A stretch of 64,000 nt of DNA from assembly GCA_963665235.2 (NCBI GenBank), contig CAXXLX010000001.1, positions 2,592,001-2,656,000 of the forward strand, written 5' to 3'. The DNA is from Candidatus Poribacteria bacterium (lineage in GTDB: Bacteria; Poribacteria; WGA-4E; WGA-3G). The translations under genes were made by a program, and so were the position numbers. A model generated the notes under the pieces. It was not told where the DNA came from. It did not search any database and worked only from the letters and a program-made list of their open reading frames with translations. Positions 30,200 through 40,428 of this stretch are shown piece by piece (the stretch's first letter is position 1; every line of letters starts with the position of its first letter).

Positions 30200-30218
30200 G
30201 ATTTCCTCCTTCAATTTC

Positions 30219-31622
30219 CTACACATTTCGTCGAGGCGGTGCATATCTCGGATGGAAAGAATCTTCACCATATTGCCCATCCGTAATCTTCGCCGCTTGG
30301 CCGCCCCCGGTAACGGAACATCGGGCACCGTCTAATTCTGGGAGAACGTATCGTTCGAACCATGCCCCCATCTGTCGTCGCATGTCAGATATTAGGGCGT
30401 TATGCGACTTGTCATCTATTAGATTTTTCCGCTCACGTGGGTCATTCACAAGATTATAGAGTTCGTGCGGTCCGTAAGGATAGCGGTGGACGTACTTCCA
30501 CTCCTGTGTCCGAATCATGCGTACCGGCCCGTATTCATCAAAGATAACGATTTCATCTTTGGCATCGTTTGTCTCCCCAGAAAGCGCGGGCACGAAACTT
30601 CTACCGGGTGACATGTCGTCATTCGGGTCGGGTAAACCGAGGTAATCGAGAAGTGTCGGCATAAAGTCGTATTGGCTCACCATCGCTTCGCTGACGCGTC
30701 CCGCCGGTATTCTGCCCGGATGACTTACAACAAACGGCACTTTAACAGAGTTCTCGTACATATTCAGCGGAAATGTACCGTTCCCTTTATGCCAAAAACC
30801 GTTATGTCCGCATGAATAGCCGTTGTCACTGCTGAACACAACCACCGTGTTTTCACGGATGCCCAATTGCGTAAGCCGTTCTAAAATTCGACCGACATTC
30901 AAATCAAGGGCAGTAATTGCTGCGAAATAACCTTTCAACGATTCGCGGTTTCCCATGTGTGCTGCCGCACCTTGGACCGCCCACGGATGCAACGCCTCTT
31001 GTGGACACGTCTTGAAGGGACAATCGTCGTAAGAGTCGACAATATCCTGCGGATGTCCTGTAAACGGCGTATGCGGTGCATTGTAGTTCACGCTCAAGTA
31101 AAACGGCCCTTCGCTATTTGCCGAGATAAAATCTAACGCGTCATCGGTGATTACGTCTGTCAGATAGCCGGGTTGCATTTCAACTTCGCCATCCCGAATC
31201 ATATTCGCATCGTTGTATTTGCTCCCCCCGGTCGGTAATGCGAACCAGTGGCTAAACCCGTGTTGCGGTGTTAGGCTATCCCCGAGGTGCCACTTTCCGC
31301 TCAATCCCACGGTGTAATCGTTCTCGGCGAGGACATCGGTATAGCAGGTGAGTCCATCGAGGTATTGAGAGGGGTCGGGGGGCATATTTCCATCCCGAAT
31401 CCAGTCGTGTACGCCGTGTGCTGAGGGAATACGGCCTGTCATAAGACTTGCGCGTGCTGGCGAGCAGACAGGACTTGTGCAGAAGAAATTGGGAAACCGT
31501 GTGCCTTCTGATGCCAATTGGTCGATATAGGGTGTCCGAACTTCATCGTTGCCGGCACAGCCTGCCGCCCACGGTCCCTGGTCATCTGTTAAAATAAAAA
31601 TCACATTCGGTCTGTTTTCCAT
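30219..31622 (-). CDS. Sulfatase (Cys-type, formylglycine-dependent)
   Basis: PNVIFILTDDQG, CSPARASLMTG, GKWHLG, SSDNG. Confidence 0.93.
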   Translation of the reverse strand: MENRPNVIFILTDDQGPWAAGCAGNDEVRTPYIDQLASEGTRFPNFFCTSPVCSPARASLMTGRIPSAHGVHDWIRDGNMPPDPSQYLDGLTCYTDVLAENDYTVGLSGKWHLGDSLTPQHGFSHWFALPTGGSKYNDANMIRDGEVEMQPGYLTDVITDDALDFISANSEGPFYLSVNYNAPHTPFTGHPQDIVDSYDDCPFKTCPQEALHPWAVQGAAAHMGNRESLKGYFAAITALDLNVGRILERLTQLGIRENTVVVFSSDNGYSCGHNGFWHKGNGTFPLNMYENSVKVPFVVSHPGRIPAGRVSEAMVSQYDFMPTLLDYLGLPDPNDDMSPGRSFVPALSGETNDAKDEIVIFDEYGPVRMIRTQEWKYVHRYPYGPHELYNLVNDPRERKNLIDDKSHNALISDMRRQMGAWFERYVLPELDGARCSVTGGGQAAKITDGQYGEDSFHPRYAPPRRNV

Positions 31623-31670
31623 ATTATATCCTCCGTTTTCATTGGTAAGATTGTTTTTCCTTAGAACGGT

Positions 31671-32270
31671 TCATTCACTTTGCAATTCTCCGAGGAGACG
31701 GACGATGTCGCGATAGCACTTGTCAAACGAATCTGCTTGACGTGCTTGTTCAAGGTCGAAGAGGGCAGTGAAAGCGGGCTGATCGTTCTTAGCACGATAT
31801 TTTTTGCCTTGCACCATCTGCTGACTCAACCACTCCTTTGCCCCACGGATTGCCTCCGGGTTATTCGGAGGTTGAATCTCGTTTTTTAACCCTCTTTGGC
31901 CACGGAGTGACTCGGCTGCTGCAAGAAACCATGCTTCGAACTCCTGCTTGGCAAGCACAACGGCAATCGGTAAATTGCCTTGGGCTTGTGTTGCCCTGCG
32001 AAGTAGTTCTGGTCCCAGTTGTGCTGGACAGTCTCTATCGCTGTCAAGAATGATAAATATAGCACCTTGCCCGCCAATCTGGTGAGCGGCTAATTCGACC
32101 TTTCGCTCAAGTTCATTTGACTCAACAACCTGATTTCTCTTAACACGAATTGGACGCGGCAGGTCAATCACCAATTCTGGATAAAGCTCCGCCGCGATGC
32201 GACGAATCAAGATTGGAACAGCTGCCACCTCACCCTGGCCCTCAACAATGCAACCGATTTTAACTAGCAT
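31671..32270 (-). CDS. DUF4276-like (TOPRIM-related) protein, copy 3
   Basis: IVEGQGE, ILDSD.DCP, EFEAWFLA. Confidence 0.85.
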   Translation of the reverse strand: MLVKIGCIVEGQGEVAAVPILIRRIAAELYPELVIDLPRPIRVKRNQVVESNELERKVELAAHQIGGQGAIFIILDSDRDCPAQLGPELLRRATQAQGNLPIAVVLAKQEFEAWFLAAAESLRGQRGLKNEIQPPNNPEAIRGAKEWLSQQMVQGKKYRAKNDQPAFTALFDLEQARQADSFDKCYRDIVRLLGELQSE

Positions 32271-33504
32271 CTCCGCTTTCCCTTATGCTTTGTTGACTAG
32301 AATTTCTTCTCTCAAAATTGAAAAAGCGGAGTTGTTTTGCCTCTTCAGCGGAAACGACAGATGCCGGCTCGGGTTGAAGCTGATCACAGCGTAGGAGTTC
32401 GCCTATTGTAAACAGTTTTTTACGGACCACAGACCTGCTTACAGCATCCACAGGAGCAATCACTGTCCCACCATCAAGGACTTCAGCAACAAGAAGTGTT
32501 TCTATATCCACCCTCTTTTCATCAAGCAGAGCTGCACTGTGGGTAGGGACAATAACCTGCAAGTTTTGGGAGGCGTGTTGAAGTTCAGGCAACAACGTTC
32601 CCACTACCATAGGATGTATCCCGCTTCCTGGTTCCTCAATCCCTACAAGTGACAAGTGCCCTGGGGTCTCGTGATTTGTCTGAAACAGTGCCACCATAAT
32701 TCCCAATATACGGAAAGCACTATCAGCCATATTTTTGGCAAAAAATCGCAGAGGGGGTTTGCCCTCTCCTACATCCTGCCTGAACACCAACATCTCCTTG
32801 GGCCCAAACTTTTCAACTTCTACGCTACTAACCCCCGGCACAACTATTGTGAGATATTCCTCAATACTCTGCTTCACGATAGGGGGAAGTCTATTGAAGA
32901 CACTCGTAAAATTGCTACCATCGCGAGCAAGCACATCGCGCGAATCTGGCGTTTGCAAATCTCGAATTTTATCGGGGTTGAGGTTATAGAATCCCATCCG
33001 AGAAAGGGCATCGTAGACAGGTCTAAATTCAGGTAAACCGGAAGCATTTACCAAGTAAAGCCGCTCGGTTGTAGCCGCTGGGGCAACTTCTACACTACTA
33101 TCGGTCACAGTTCCGTTATCCACACGGAAGTATACCTCACCCTCATTCAGTATTTTACACTCTTCTGTCTGAACCTCATAGCCTCCGGGTGAACGGGTGC
33201 CGATCCGGAAGGCATAATGGCCTGTTGAACCATCGGGCAGAACGAACTCAAGCCGAACACTAAAATGGGTTGGCGGTTCGCAGGAGCGACGGTGGACATC
33301 GTTAATACCGCCTCGGTCACGAATTGCATGCTCCAGCGAGGTATTTAACGCATCCGAAACGAATCGCAGCGCATCCAGAAAATTGCTTTTCCCCGTACCG
33401 TTACGACCGACGATGAACGTCAACGGGCCTAGCTGCACATCACACGCAGCAATGCTTTTATAGTTTTTCAAAATAACTCTTGTAATAAACGTTGAATCTT
33501 TCAT
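32260..33504 (-). CDS. AAA_21/ABC-type ATPase, copy 3 (degenerate signature and D-loop)
   Basis: GRNGTGKSN; MADSAFR; IEEPGSGIHP; PTHSA. Confidence 0.88.
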   Translation of the reverse strand: MKDSTFITRVILKNYKSIAACDVQLGPLTFIVGRNGTGKSNFLDALRFVSDALNTSLEHAIRDRGGINDVHRRSCEPPTHFSVRLEFVLPDGSTGHYAFRIGTRSPGGYEVQTEECKILNEGEVYFRVDNGTVTDSSVEVAPAATTERLYLVNASGLPEFRPVYDALSRMGFYNLNPDKIRDLQTPDSRDVLARDGSNFTSVFNRLPPIVKQSIEEYLTIVVPGVSSVEVEKFGPKEMLVFRQDVGEGKPPLRFFAKNMADSAFRILGIMVALFQTNHETPGHLSLVGIEEPGSGIHPMVVGTLLPELQHASQNLQVIVPTHSAALLDEKRVDIETLLVAEVLDGGTVIAPVDAVSRSVVRKKLFTIGELLRCDQLQPEPASVVSAEEAKQLRFFNFERRNSSQQSIRESGDAS

Positions 33505-33582
33505 GACATCTTTTAAACCTTGTTGCGCTCCGGGAAATCTGTCTCCGATTTCGTTGGTAAGATTGTTTTTCCTTAGAGCGGT

Positions 33583-34182
33583 TCACTCATTTTGCAATTC
33601 TCCGAGGAGACGGACGATATCTCGATAGCACTTGTCAAACGAATCTGCTTGCCGTGCTTGTTCAAGGTCGAAGAGGGCAGTGAAAGCGGGCTGGTCCTCC
33701 TTAGCACTATATTTTTTGCCTTGCACCATGTGCTGACTCAACCACTCCTTTGCCCCACGGATTGCCTCTGGGTCATTCGGCGGATGAATATCGTTTTTTA
33801 ATCCTCTTTGGCCACGGAGCGACTCGGCTGCTGCAAGAAACCATGCTTCGAACTCGTGCTTGGCAAGCACAACGGCAATCGGCAAATTGCCTTGTGCTTG
33901 TGTTGCCCTATGAAGTAGTTCTGGTCCCAGTTGTGCTGGACAGTCTTTATCGCTGTCAAGAATGATAAATATAGCACCTTGTCCGCCAATCTGGTGAGCT
34001 ACGAATTCAACTGCTCTTTCAAGTTCGTTCTCTTTAACAACCTTATTCCGGGGACGGCGAATAGGTGGTGGCACAACAATCGGCAATTCTGGATAAAGAT
34101 TCGCAGCGATTCGGCGAATCAGAAGGGGGACAGTTGCTACCTCGCTTTCCCCTTCGACAATGCAACCGATTTTGACTGTCAT
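33583..34182 (-). CDS. DUF4276-like protein, copy 2
   Basis: IVEGESE, ILDSD, EFEAWFLA. Confidence 0.85.
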   Translation of the reverse strand: MTVKIGCIVEGESEVATVPLLIRRIAANLYPELPIVVPPPIRRPRNKVVKENELERAVEFVAHQIGGQGAIFIILDSDKDCPAQLGPELLHRATQAQGNLPIAVVLAKHEFEAWFLAAAESLRGQRGLKNDIHPPNDPEAIRGAKEWLSQHMVQGKKYSAKEDQPAFTALFDLEQARQADSFDKCYRDIVRLLGELQNE

Positions 34183-35414
34183 TCGTGCTTTCCTTTACTC
34201 CTTGCTTTGGCAGACTTTGACTTATCAAAGATAGGCAGAAGCAGTTGTTTCTCCTTTGCCGCAGGAAGAGCTGCCGGATCTGGTTGCAATTGATTACTCC
34301 GTAAAAGTTCTCCGGCCGTAAACAACCGATCTTGTACCGCAGCTCTGCTTACAGCATCCACAGGAGCGATCACTGTCCCACCATCATCCGCTTTAACTGC
34401 AAGGATTGACTCCACGTCCACCCTCTTTTCATCAAGCAGAGCTGCACTGTGGGTAGGGACAATAACCTGCAAGTTTTGGGAGGCGTGTTGAAGTTCAGGC
34501 AACAACGTTCCCACTACCATAGGATGTATCCCGCTTCCTGGTTCCTCAATCCCTACAAGTGACAAGTGCCCTGGGGTCTCGTGATTTGTCTGAAACAGTG
34601 CCACCATAATTCCCAATATACGGAAAGCACTATCAGCCATATTTTTGGCAAAAAATCGCAGAGGGGGTTTGCCCTCTCCTGCATCCTGCCTGAACACCAA
34701 CATCTCCTTGGGACCAAACTTTTCAACTTCTACACTACTAACCCCCGGCACAACTATTGTGAGATATTCCTCAATACTCTGCTTCACGATAGGGGGAAGT
34801 CTATTGAAGACACTCGTAAAATTGCTACCATCGCGAGCAAGCACATCGCGCGAATCTGGCGTTTGCAAATCTCGAATTTTATCGGGGTTGAGGTTATAGA
34901 ATCCCATCCGAGAAAGGGCATCGTAGACAGGTCTAAATTCAGGTAAACCGGAAGCATTTACCAAGTAAAGCCGCTCGGTTGTAGCCGCTGGGGCAACTTC
35001 TACACTACTATCTGTCACAGTTCCATTGTCCACACGGAAGTATACCTCACTCTCATTCAGTATTTTACACTCTTCTGTCTGAACCTCATAGCCTCCGGGT
35101 GAACGGGTGTCGATCCGGAAGGCATAATGGCCTGTTGAACCATCGGGTAGAATGAACTCAAGCCGAACACTGAAGTGGGTTGGAGGTTCGCAGGAGCGAC
35201 GACAGACATCGTTAATACCCCCTCGGTCACGAATCGCATGGTCCAACGAGGTATTTAACGCATCCGAGACGAATCGCAGCGCATCCAGAAAATTGCTTTT
35301 CCCCGTACCGTTGCGACCAACGATGAACGTCAACGGGCCTAGCCGCACATCACAAGCAGCAATGCTCTTATAGTTTTTCAGAATAACTCTTGTAATAAAC
35401 GTTGAATCTTTCAT
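34179..35414 (-). CDS. AAA_21/ABC-type ATPase, copy 2 (degenerate signature and D-loop)
   Basis: Near-identical to copy 3 except the last ~75 aa. Confidence 0.88.
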   Translation of the reverse strand: MKDSTFITRVILKNYKSIAACDVRLGPLTFIVGRNGTGKSNFLDALRFVSDALNTSLDHAIRDRGGINDVCRRSCEPPTHFSVRLEFILPDGSTGHYAFRIDTRSPGGYEVQTEECKILNESEVYFRVDNGTVTDSSVEVAPAATTERLYLVNASGLPEFRPVYDALSRMGFYNLNPDKIRDLQTPDSRDVLARDGSNFTSVFNRLPPIVKQSIEEYLTIVVPGVSSVEVEKFGPKEMLVFRQDAGEGKPPLRFFAKNMADSAFRILGIMVALFQTNHETPGHLSLVGIEEPGSGIHPMVVGTLLPELQHASQNLQVIVPTHSAALLDEKRVDVESILAVKADDGGTVIAPVDAVSRAAVQDRLFTAGELLRSNQLQPDPAALPAAKEKQLLLPIFDKSKSAKARSKGKHE

Positions 35415-35492
35415 GACATCTTTTAAACCTTGTTGCGCTCCGGGAAATCTGTCTCCGATTTCGTTGGTAAGATTGTTTTTCCTTAGAGCGGT

Positions 35493-36092
35493 TCACTCAT
35501 TTTGCAATTCTCCGAGGAGACGGACGATATCTCGATAGCACTTGTCAAACGAATCTGCTTGACGTGCTTGTTCTATATCAAAAAGTGCTGCAAGTGCAGG
35601 TTGGTCTTGTGTTTCAGTATACGTTCTACTGCTCTCCATTTGATGCCTCAACCATTCCTTTGCCCCACGAATCCCCTCTGGATTATCTGGTGGATTAAGA
35701 TCATTTCTTAATCCTCTTCGACCGCGAAGTGACTCGGCTGCTGCGAGAAACCATGCCTCAAACTCATGCTTGGCAAGCACAACGGCAATGGGCACATTCC
35801 TAAAAACTTGTGAAACCCGATGAAGTAGTGCCGGTCCTACTTCTGCCGGACAATCATCATCACTGTCAAGGATAATGAATATAGCACCTTGCTTCCCAAT
35901 ATTCTGATATGCCAAACCGACTGCTCGTTCAAGTTCACCTATCTTAAAAACCTTATTCCTGGGAATGCGGATAGGGACTGGAATAACAGGTTCCAATTCA
36001 GGATGATGGATGGCTGCTACGCGTCGAATCAAAATTGGCACCGATGCTACCTCGCTTTTTCCCTCAACAACACATCCAATTTTGACTGTCAT
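35493..36092 (-). CDS. DUF4276-like protein, copy 1
   Basis: VVEGKSE, ILDSDDDCP, EFEAWFLA. Confidence 0.85.
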   Translation of the reverse strand: MTVKIGCVVEGKSEVASVPILIRRVAAIHHPELEPVIPVPIRIPRNKVFKIGELERAVGLAYQNIGKQGAIFIILDSDDDCPAEVGPALLHRVSQVFRNVPIAVVLAKHEFEAWFLAAAESLRGRRGLRNDLNPPDNPEGIRGAKEWLRHQMESSRTYTETQDQPALAALFDIEQARQADSFDKCYRDIVRLLGELQNE

Positions 36093-37339
36093 TCATACAT
36101 CCCTTTATTCTTGGTTCCAGCAGAGCTTATCTTGTTGAAATCAAACAAGTTAGGTTGTGTTACCTTTTTAGCATGATCCACGGATGCCTGATTTGGATCA
36201 GGTTGCAATTGATCACAGCGTAAGAGTTCGCCTATTGTAAACATTTTGTCATGTACCACAGATCTGCTTACAGCATCAACAGGAGCAATCACCGTATTCC
36301 CTTTATTTGCTTCAACTGCAAGAATCGAGTCCACATCCAGATGCTTGTCCTCAAGCAGCTCTGGGCTGTGAGTAGTGACGATAACCTGCGTTCTGTGGGC
36401 AGCAGCTTGAAGTCCATCAAGCAACACGCCCGCTGCTGCAGGATGAAGTGCTATCTCTGGTTCCTCAATTCCCACAAGTGGTACGCGTTTTTGTTCACCC
36501 TGAGTTCCTTGAAACAGTGCGACAAGAATTGCCAACGCGCGGAGGGTACCATCGGACATATTGTTTGCCAAAAATCGCCAATAGTGCTTATCTCCTGCGA
36601 CATCCTGCCTGAATTCTAATGTCTCTTTGGGACCTAGATTTTTGACTTCTACTTTGTGCACCCCAGGTACAACCACAGCTAGAAACTCTTGAACGCGTTC
36701 CTTCATAGCAGTAGAAAATTGACCAAAAACACTCGTAAGATTACTACCGTCACGAGCAAGCACATCACGCGGATCCGGTGCTTGCAAATCTCGAATCTGA
36801 TCGGGATTTAGATTGTAAAATCCCATCCGGGAAAATGCATCGTAAACAGGACGAAATTCAGGTAAACCGGAAGTATTTACCAAGTAAAGTCGATCGGTTG
36901 CAGCCGCTGGAGCGACTTTTACACTACTAGTCACAGTCCCGTTATCCACACGGAAGTATACCTCAGGTGCGAGAATCTCATTCAGTATTTTACACTCTTC
37001 TGTCTGAACCTCATAGCCTCCGGGTGAACGGGTGCCGATCCGGAAGGCATAATGGCCTGTTGAACCATCGGGTAGAATGAACTCGAGTCGAACACTGAAG
37101 TGGTTCGGGTGCCCGCGGGAGCGACGGCGGACATCGTTAATACCGCCTCGGTCACGTATTGCATGGTCCAGCGAGGTATTTAACGCATCCGCAACAAATC
37201 GCAGCGCATCCAGAAAATTGCTTTTGCCTGACCCATTGCGCCCTACGATGAACGTCAACGGGCCTAGCCGCACATCACAAGCAGCAATGCTCTTATAGTT
37301 TTTCAGAATAACTCTTGTAATAAACGTTGAATCTTTCAT
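36089..37339 (-). CDS. AAA_21/ABC-type ATPase, copy 1 (canonical motifs)
   Basis: GRNGSGKSN; MSDGTLR; IEEPEIALHP; TTHSP. Confidence 0.92.
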   Translation of the reverse strand: MKDSTFITRVILKNYKSIAACDVRLGPLTFIVGRNGSGKSNFLDALRFVADALNTSLDHAIRDRGGINDVRRRSRGHPNHFSVRLEFILPDGSTGHYAFRIGTRSPGGYEVQTEECKILNEILAPEVYFRVDNGTVTSSVKVAPAAATDRLYLVNTSGLPEFRPVYDAFSRMGFYNLNPDQIRDLQAPDPRDVLARDGSNLTSVFGQFSTAMKERVQEFLAVVVPGVHKVEVKNLGPKETLEFRQDVAGDKHYWRFLANNMSDGTLRALAILVALFQGTQGEQKRVPLVGIEEPEIALHPAAAGVLLDGLQAAAHRTQVIVTTHSPELLEDKHLDVDSILAVEANKGNTVIAPVDAVSRSVVHDKMFTIGELLRCDQLQPDPNQASVDHAKKVTQPNLFDFNKISSAGTKNKGMYE

Positions 37340-37357
37340 GACATCTTTTAAACCTTG

Positions 37358-38209
37358 TTACGCTACGGGAAATCCGTCTCCGACAAGCGGCTCACCATCG
37401 GCAACCTCAATCGTGGGAACGAGTATGTGCCCAGGGGATTGCGCGTTGTTATAGCAGACATCCTGCGCCATAAAAATCATCACGAAGGCACGACGCTGCT
37501 GCTCTGTAACGTTTGGGGGTGTGCCGTGCCAGTTCAGGCAGTGATGGAACATACACTCACCCGCTTTCAATTCCACCGGAATGCCGTGGCTGATGTCTAG
37601 ACCTCGTCTTTCTGCCCAGGGGTTCGGCGGGGGTTCGCGACCCTCTTCGCGCGCTTTGGCGGTTTCTGCGTCAAATGCCGCTTTCGCTGCGACAGAAAAA
37701 CGTTCATCTTTGTGGCTCTTCGGCATAACGTGCATGCAACCGCTATCCACCGTGGCATCATCCAGCGCAAGCCAGCAACTGACAATGTTCGGCGGGCTGA
37801 GGGGCCAGAAGAAAAAGTCGTGGTGAAACCCAAAATGACCGTTATCGTGTGGCGGTTTGGAAATAATCTGATCGTGCCAGAGGCGCACTTCAGGCGTATC
37901 CAGTAAAGCGCGGACTGTCCCCGCAATCAGCGGGTGATGGATAGCCGCCTCATAGTGCAGCTCGCGTTTCCACATATTGACGTATTGATGAATTGCACGA
38001 GGATGTCCGCTACCCCGCTTGAGACGGTCTTCCTTCCGATCATGTCCGTATTTGAATTCTGGTGATGAATCATCGCCTTCGTTGAGTTCCACTTCGATGA
38101 TAGTGTCTAACCCGGCGCGCATGGCTTCAACGCCGTCGCTATCTAAAACTCGCCCGAATTTGAGGTATCCGTTCTCCTGAAAAAAATCGATCTGCTCCTG
38201 TGTTACCAT
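37358..38209 (-). CDS. Phytanoyl-CoA dioxygenase (PhyH) family protein
   Basis: FFQENGY, HHD, SCWLALDDA..GC, FHH...HG..PN..RRA. Confidence 0.9.
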   Translation of the reverse strand: MVTQEQIDFFQENGYLKFGRVLDSDGVEAMRAGLDTIIEVELNEGDDSSPEFKYGHDRKEDRLKRGSGHPRAIHQYVNMWKRELHYEAAIHHPLIAGTVRALLDTPEVRLWHDQIISKPPHDNGHFGFHHDFFFWPLSPPNIVSCWLALDDATVDSGCMHVMPKSHKDERFSVAAKAAFDAETAKAREEGREPPPNPWAERRGLDISHGIPVELKAGECMFHHCLNWHGTPPNVTEQQRRAFVMIFMAQDVCYNNAQSPGHILVPTIEVADGEPLVGDGFPVA

Positions 38210-38254
38210 TCTGTTTCTCCTTCGAAATTTGATAAAATTTCTGCTGTTGCTTTT

Positions 38255-39013
38255 TTAAATCGGAAACTGATGATTTCCCGCAGTTAACCCACCATCAATC
38301 ACAAAAACCGCACCTGTTGCAAAACTCGCCTCATCCGAAGCGAGGAAAAGCGCAGCATTCGCTATGTCCACCGGCTTACCGATACGACCAAGCGGATACC
38401 ACGGCGTAATCTCGTCCAAGATATGTGGGTTGCGTGCAAGCATCGGCTCCCAAACCTCCGTTTGCACAGTGCCGGGACAGATACAATTGATACGGATATT
38501 GTCTTTGCCGTGCGAAACTGCCATTGAACGGGTTAGCGCAATAACGCCACCTTTCGCTGCTGAATAGGCGTGAATACCCTGCAACCCGATAAGCGCATTG
38601 ACAGACGCAATATTGACAATGCTGCCGCCCCCGGCCTGCTGCATCACCGGGACCACCGCTTCGGCGCACTGACTCGTGCCGCGAAGAGCTACCGCCAAGT
38701 TTGCCTCCCAGTTATTGTTCAGCACATCCGCTGTAGAACAGATAGCATTGTTCACAAGAATGTCAACTGTGCTGTAGGTATCAACCGTTTCAGCGATAAG
38801 CCTTTCCGCATCAGTAGCATCGGAAACATCCGCGTTGACGAACAGTGCTTCTCCGCCTGCATCCGTAATGACAGAAACGGTATCCCCTCCGAGGGCATCG
38901 TTCACGTCATCAACGACGACCTTTGCCCCCTCTTCGGCGAACCGAATCGCAATTGCTCTTCCGATACCGCGTCCGGCCCCAGTGACAATGGCAATTTTGT
39001 TATTTAACCGCAC
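38255..39013 (-). CDS. Short-chain dehydrogenase/reductase
   Basis: TGAGRGIG, NNA, YSAAKGG, ICPG. Confidence 0.93.
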   Translation of the reverse strand: MRLNNKIAIVTGAGRGIGRAIAIRFAEEGAKVVVDDVNDALGGDTVSVITDAGGEALFVNADVSDATDAERLIAETVDTYSTVDILVNNAICSTADVLNNNWEANLAVALRGTSQCAEAVVPVMQQAGGGSIVNIASVNALIGLQGIHAYSAAKGGVIALTRSMAVSHGKDNIRINCICPGTVQTEVWEPMLARNPHILDEITPWYPLGRIGKPVDIANAALFLASDEASFATGAVFVIDGGLTAGNHQFPI

Positions 39014-39078
39014 TTTATTTCTCCACTGCATTTATTCTTTACTAAACTTTGGACGATTTCTTGTAGCAATCACCATCA

Positions 39079-39654
39079 TTAATCAGGAAATGCGACGCGT
39101 GCGTAAATATCCTCTAAAGACAACTTGCATTCAATTGAATTGAGCAACAGAACATCTTCGGACGCGTGAAACGTTTTCCCGACCCACTGTGGCTCAATAA
39201 TCCGATAATGATCGACCTGAACCCTATCCTGTGAAACAAGGATATATTCTCACAAGGAGGCAAGCTCTTGATAGTGTGCAAATTTCTCACCCCTGTCGGA
39301 CACTTCGGTTGATAGGGAAAACACCTCTACGATAAGGGTGGGGTTGAGAAGCGTATCAAAAACGTTATCCTCAAAACGGGGTTTCTCACAAACAACAACG
39401 ACATCCGGGTAGAAGTAGGAGCCTGTTGGGCTAGTACGAACGCGCATATCGCCGCTGTAGATTTCACAACCGTGTCTGCGCAATTGGATATTCAGTTCAG
39501 TAGTTATATCCACCGTGATTATGTTATGTGCGCGACTTGCCCCGGACATCGCGAGGATTTCTCCGTGGATGTATTCGCTTTTGTATTTTGCCCGGCGTTC
39601 CGAAGCGAGATATGCCTCAGGGGTGATGTACGCCTCCGCTGCAGCTGATGACAT
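39079..39654 (-). pseudogene. Uma2-family endonuclease with an in-frame premature TGA
   Basis: Stop at 39250-39252; the same frame continues EYILVSQDRVQV.. to a stop at 39079. Confidence 0.8.
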
Positions 39655-39764
39655 GTTTTCGCCTCTCCTGAATGGGATTTATCAAATTATAGCACCTTAC
39701 AAGCAAAATTGCAACGAGCGAGCGCGTAATAGGTGTGTAAAGTTTTTGTACAAACAGTCCGATG

Positions 39765-39993
39765 TCTTCTGTAGAAGCCTGCTTCGCACGCGACCTAAAA
39801 AACGCGTACGCATATTATGATAAAGCGATGTCTTCTGTAGGAGCGTGCTTCGTACGCGACACAGTAGTGTTGTGGAAGCATGCTGCTCTTGGAAGATCTT
39901 CTGTAGGAGCGTGCTTCGCACGCGACGTGTACTGTAACGGTTGCTCGTCAACCTCTTGCACGCTCTTCTGTAGGAGCGTGCTTCGCACGCGAC
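39765..39993. repeat. Four 30-bp GTAG-REP-like direct repeats with unique 36/36/37-bp spacers (CRISPR-like geometry, no cas)
   Basis: TCTTCTGTAGGAGCGTGCTTCGCACGCGAC (or 1-2 nt variants) at 39765, 39831, 39897 and 39964. Confidence 0.85.
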
Positions 39994-40428
39994 CCCCCTA
40001 ACACAACTTGAGGGCAACAGTCCGCGTACGTCTCGTTTGCACCCGGCGAACATGCGACAGGCATCGAATTGACTTCCCACATTTTGCTGCGTCTCAATAA
40101 ACAGGAGCGTAGAGCTGTTGGTTTGACTTTTTTAGAGTACTCTTTGCTTTCCCAGAAGACCGACATGGGGCCCCGAAGTTTTCCCCTCACCCGCTTAGCC
40201 GAATTATCTGCGGACCTCCGGACCCTTGTCTTGGATATTCTTCAACGTCCACCGGTCAGTGATGTGCTTTTGCTTTCATCGTATACACCCTCAATTTCCG
40301 AGACGATTCCGATTACACTCCTACAGACGGTTCGCTAAGCAAACCTGCTTGCAGATTTTACGCTATCCTTTGCAGGCGTACTGACAAAGCACGCCTACAA
40401 AGGTTACAGAAAACCTGCTTGGTTGCTA

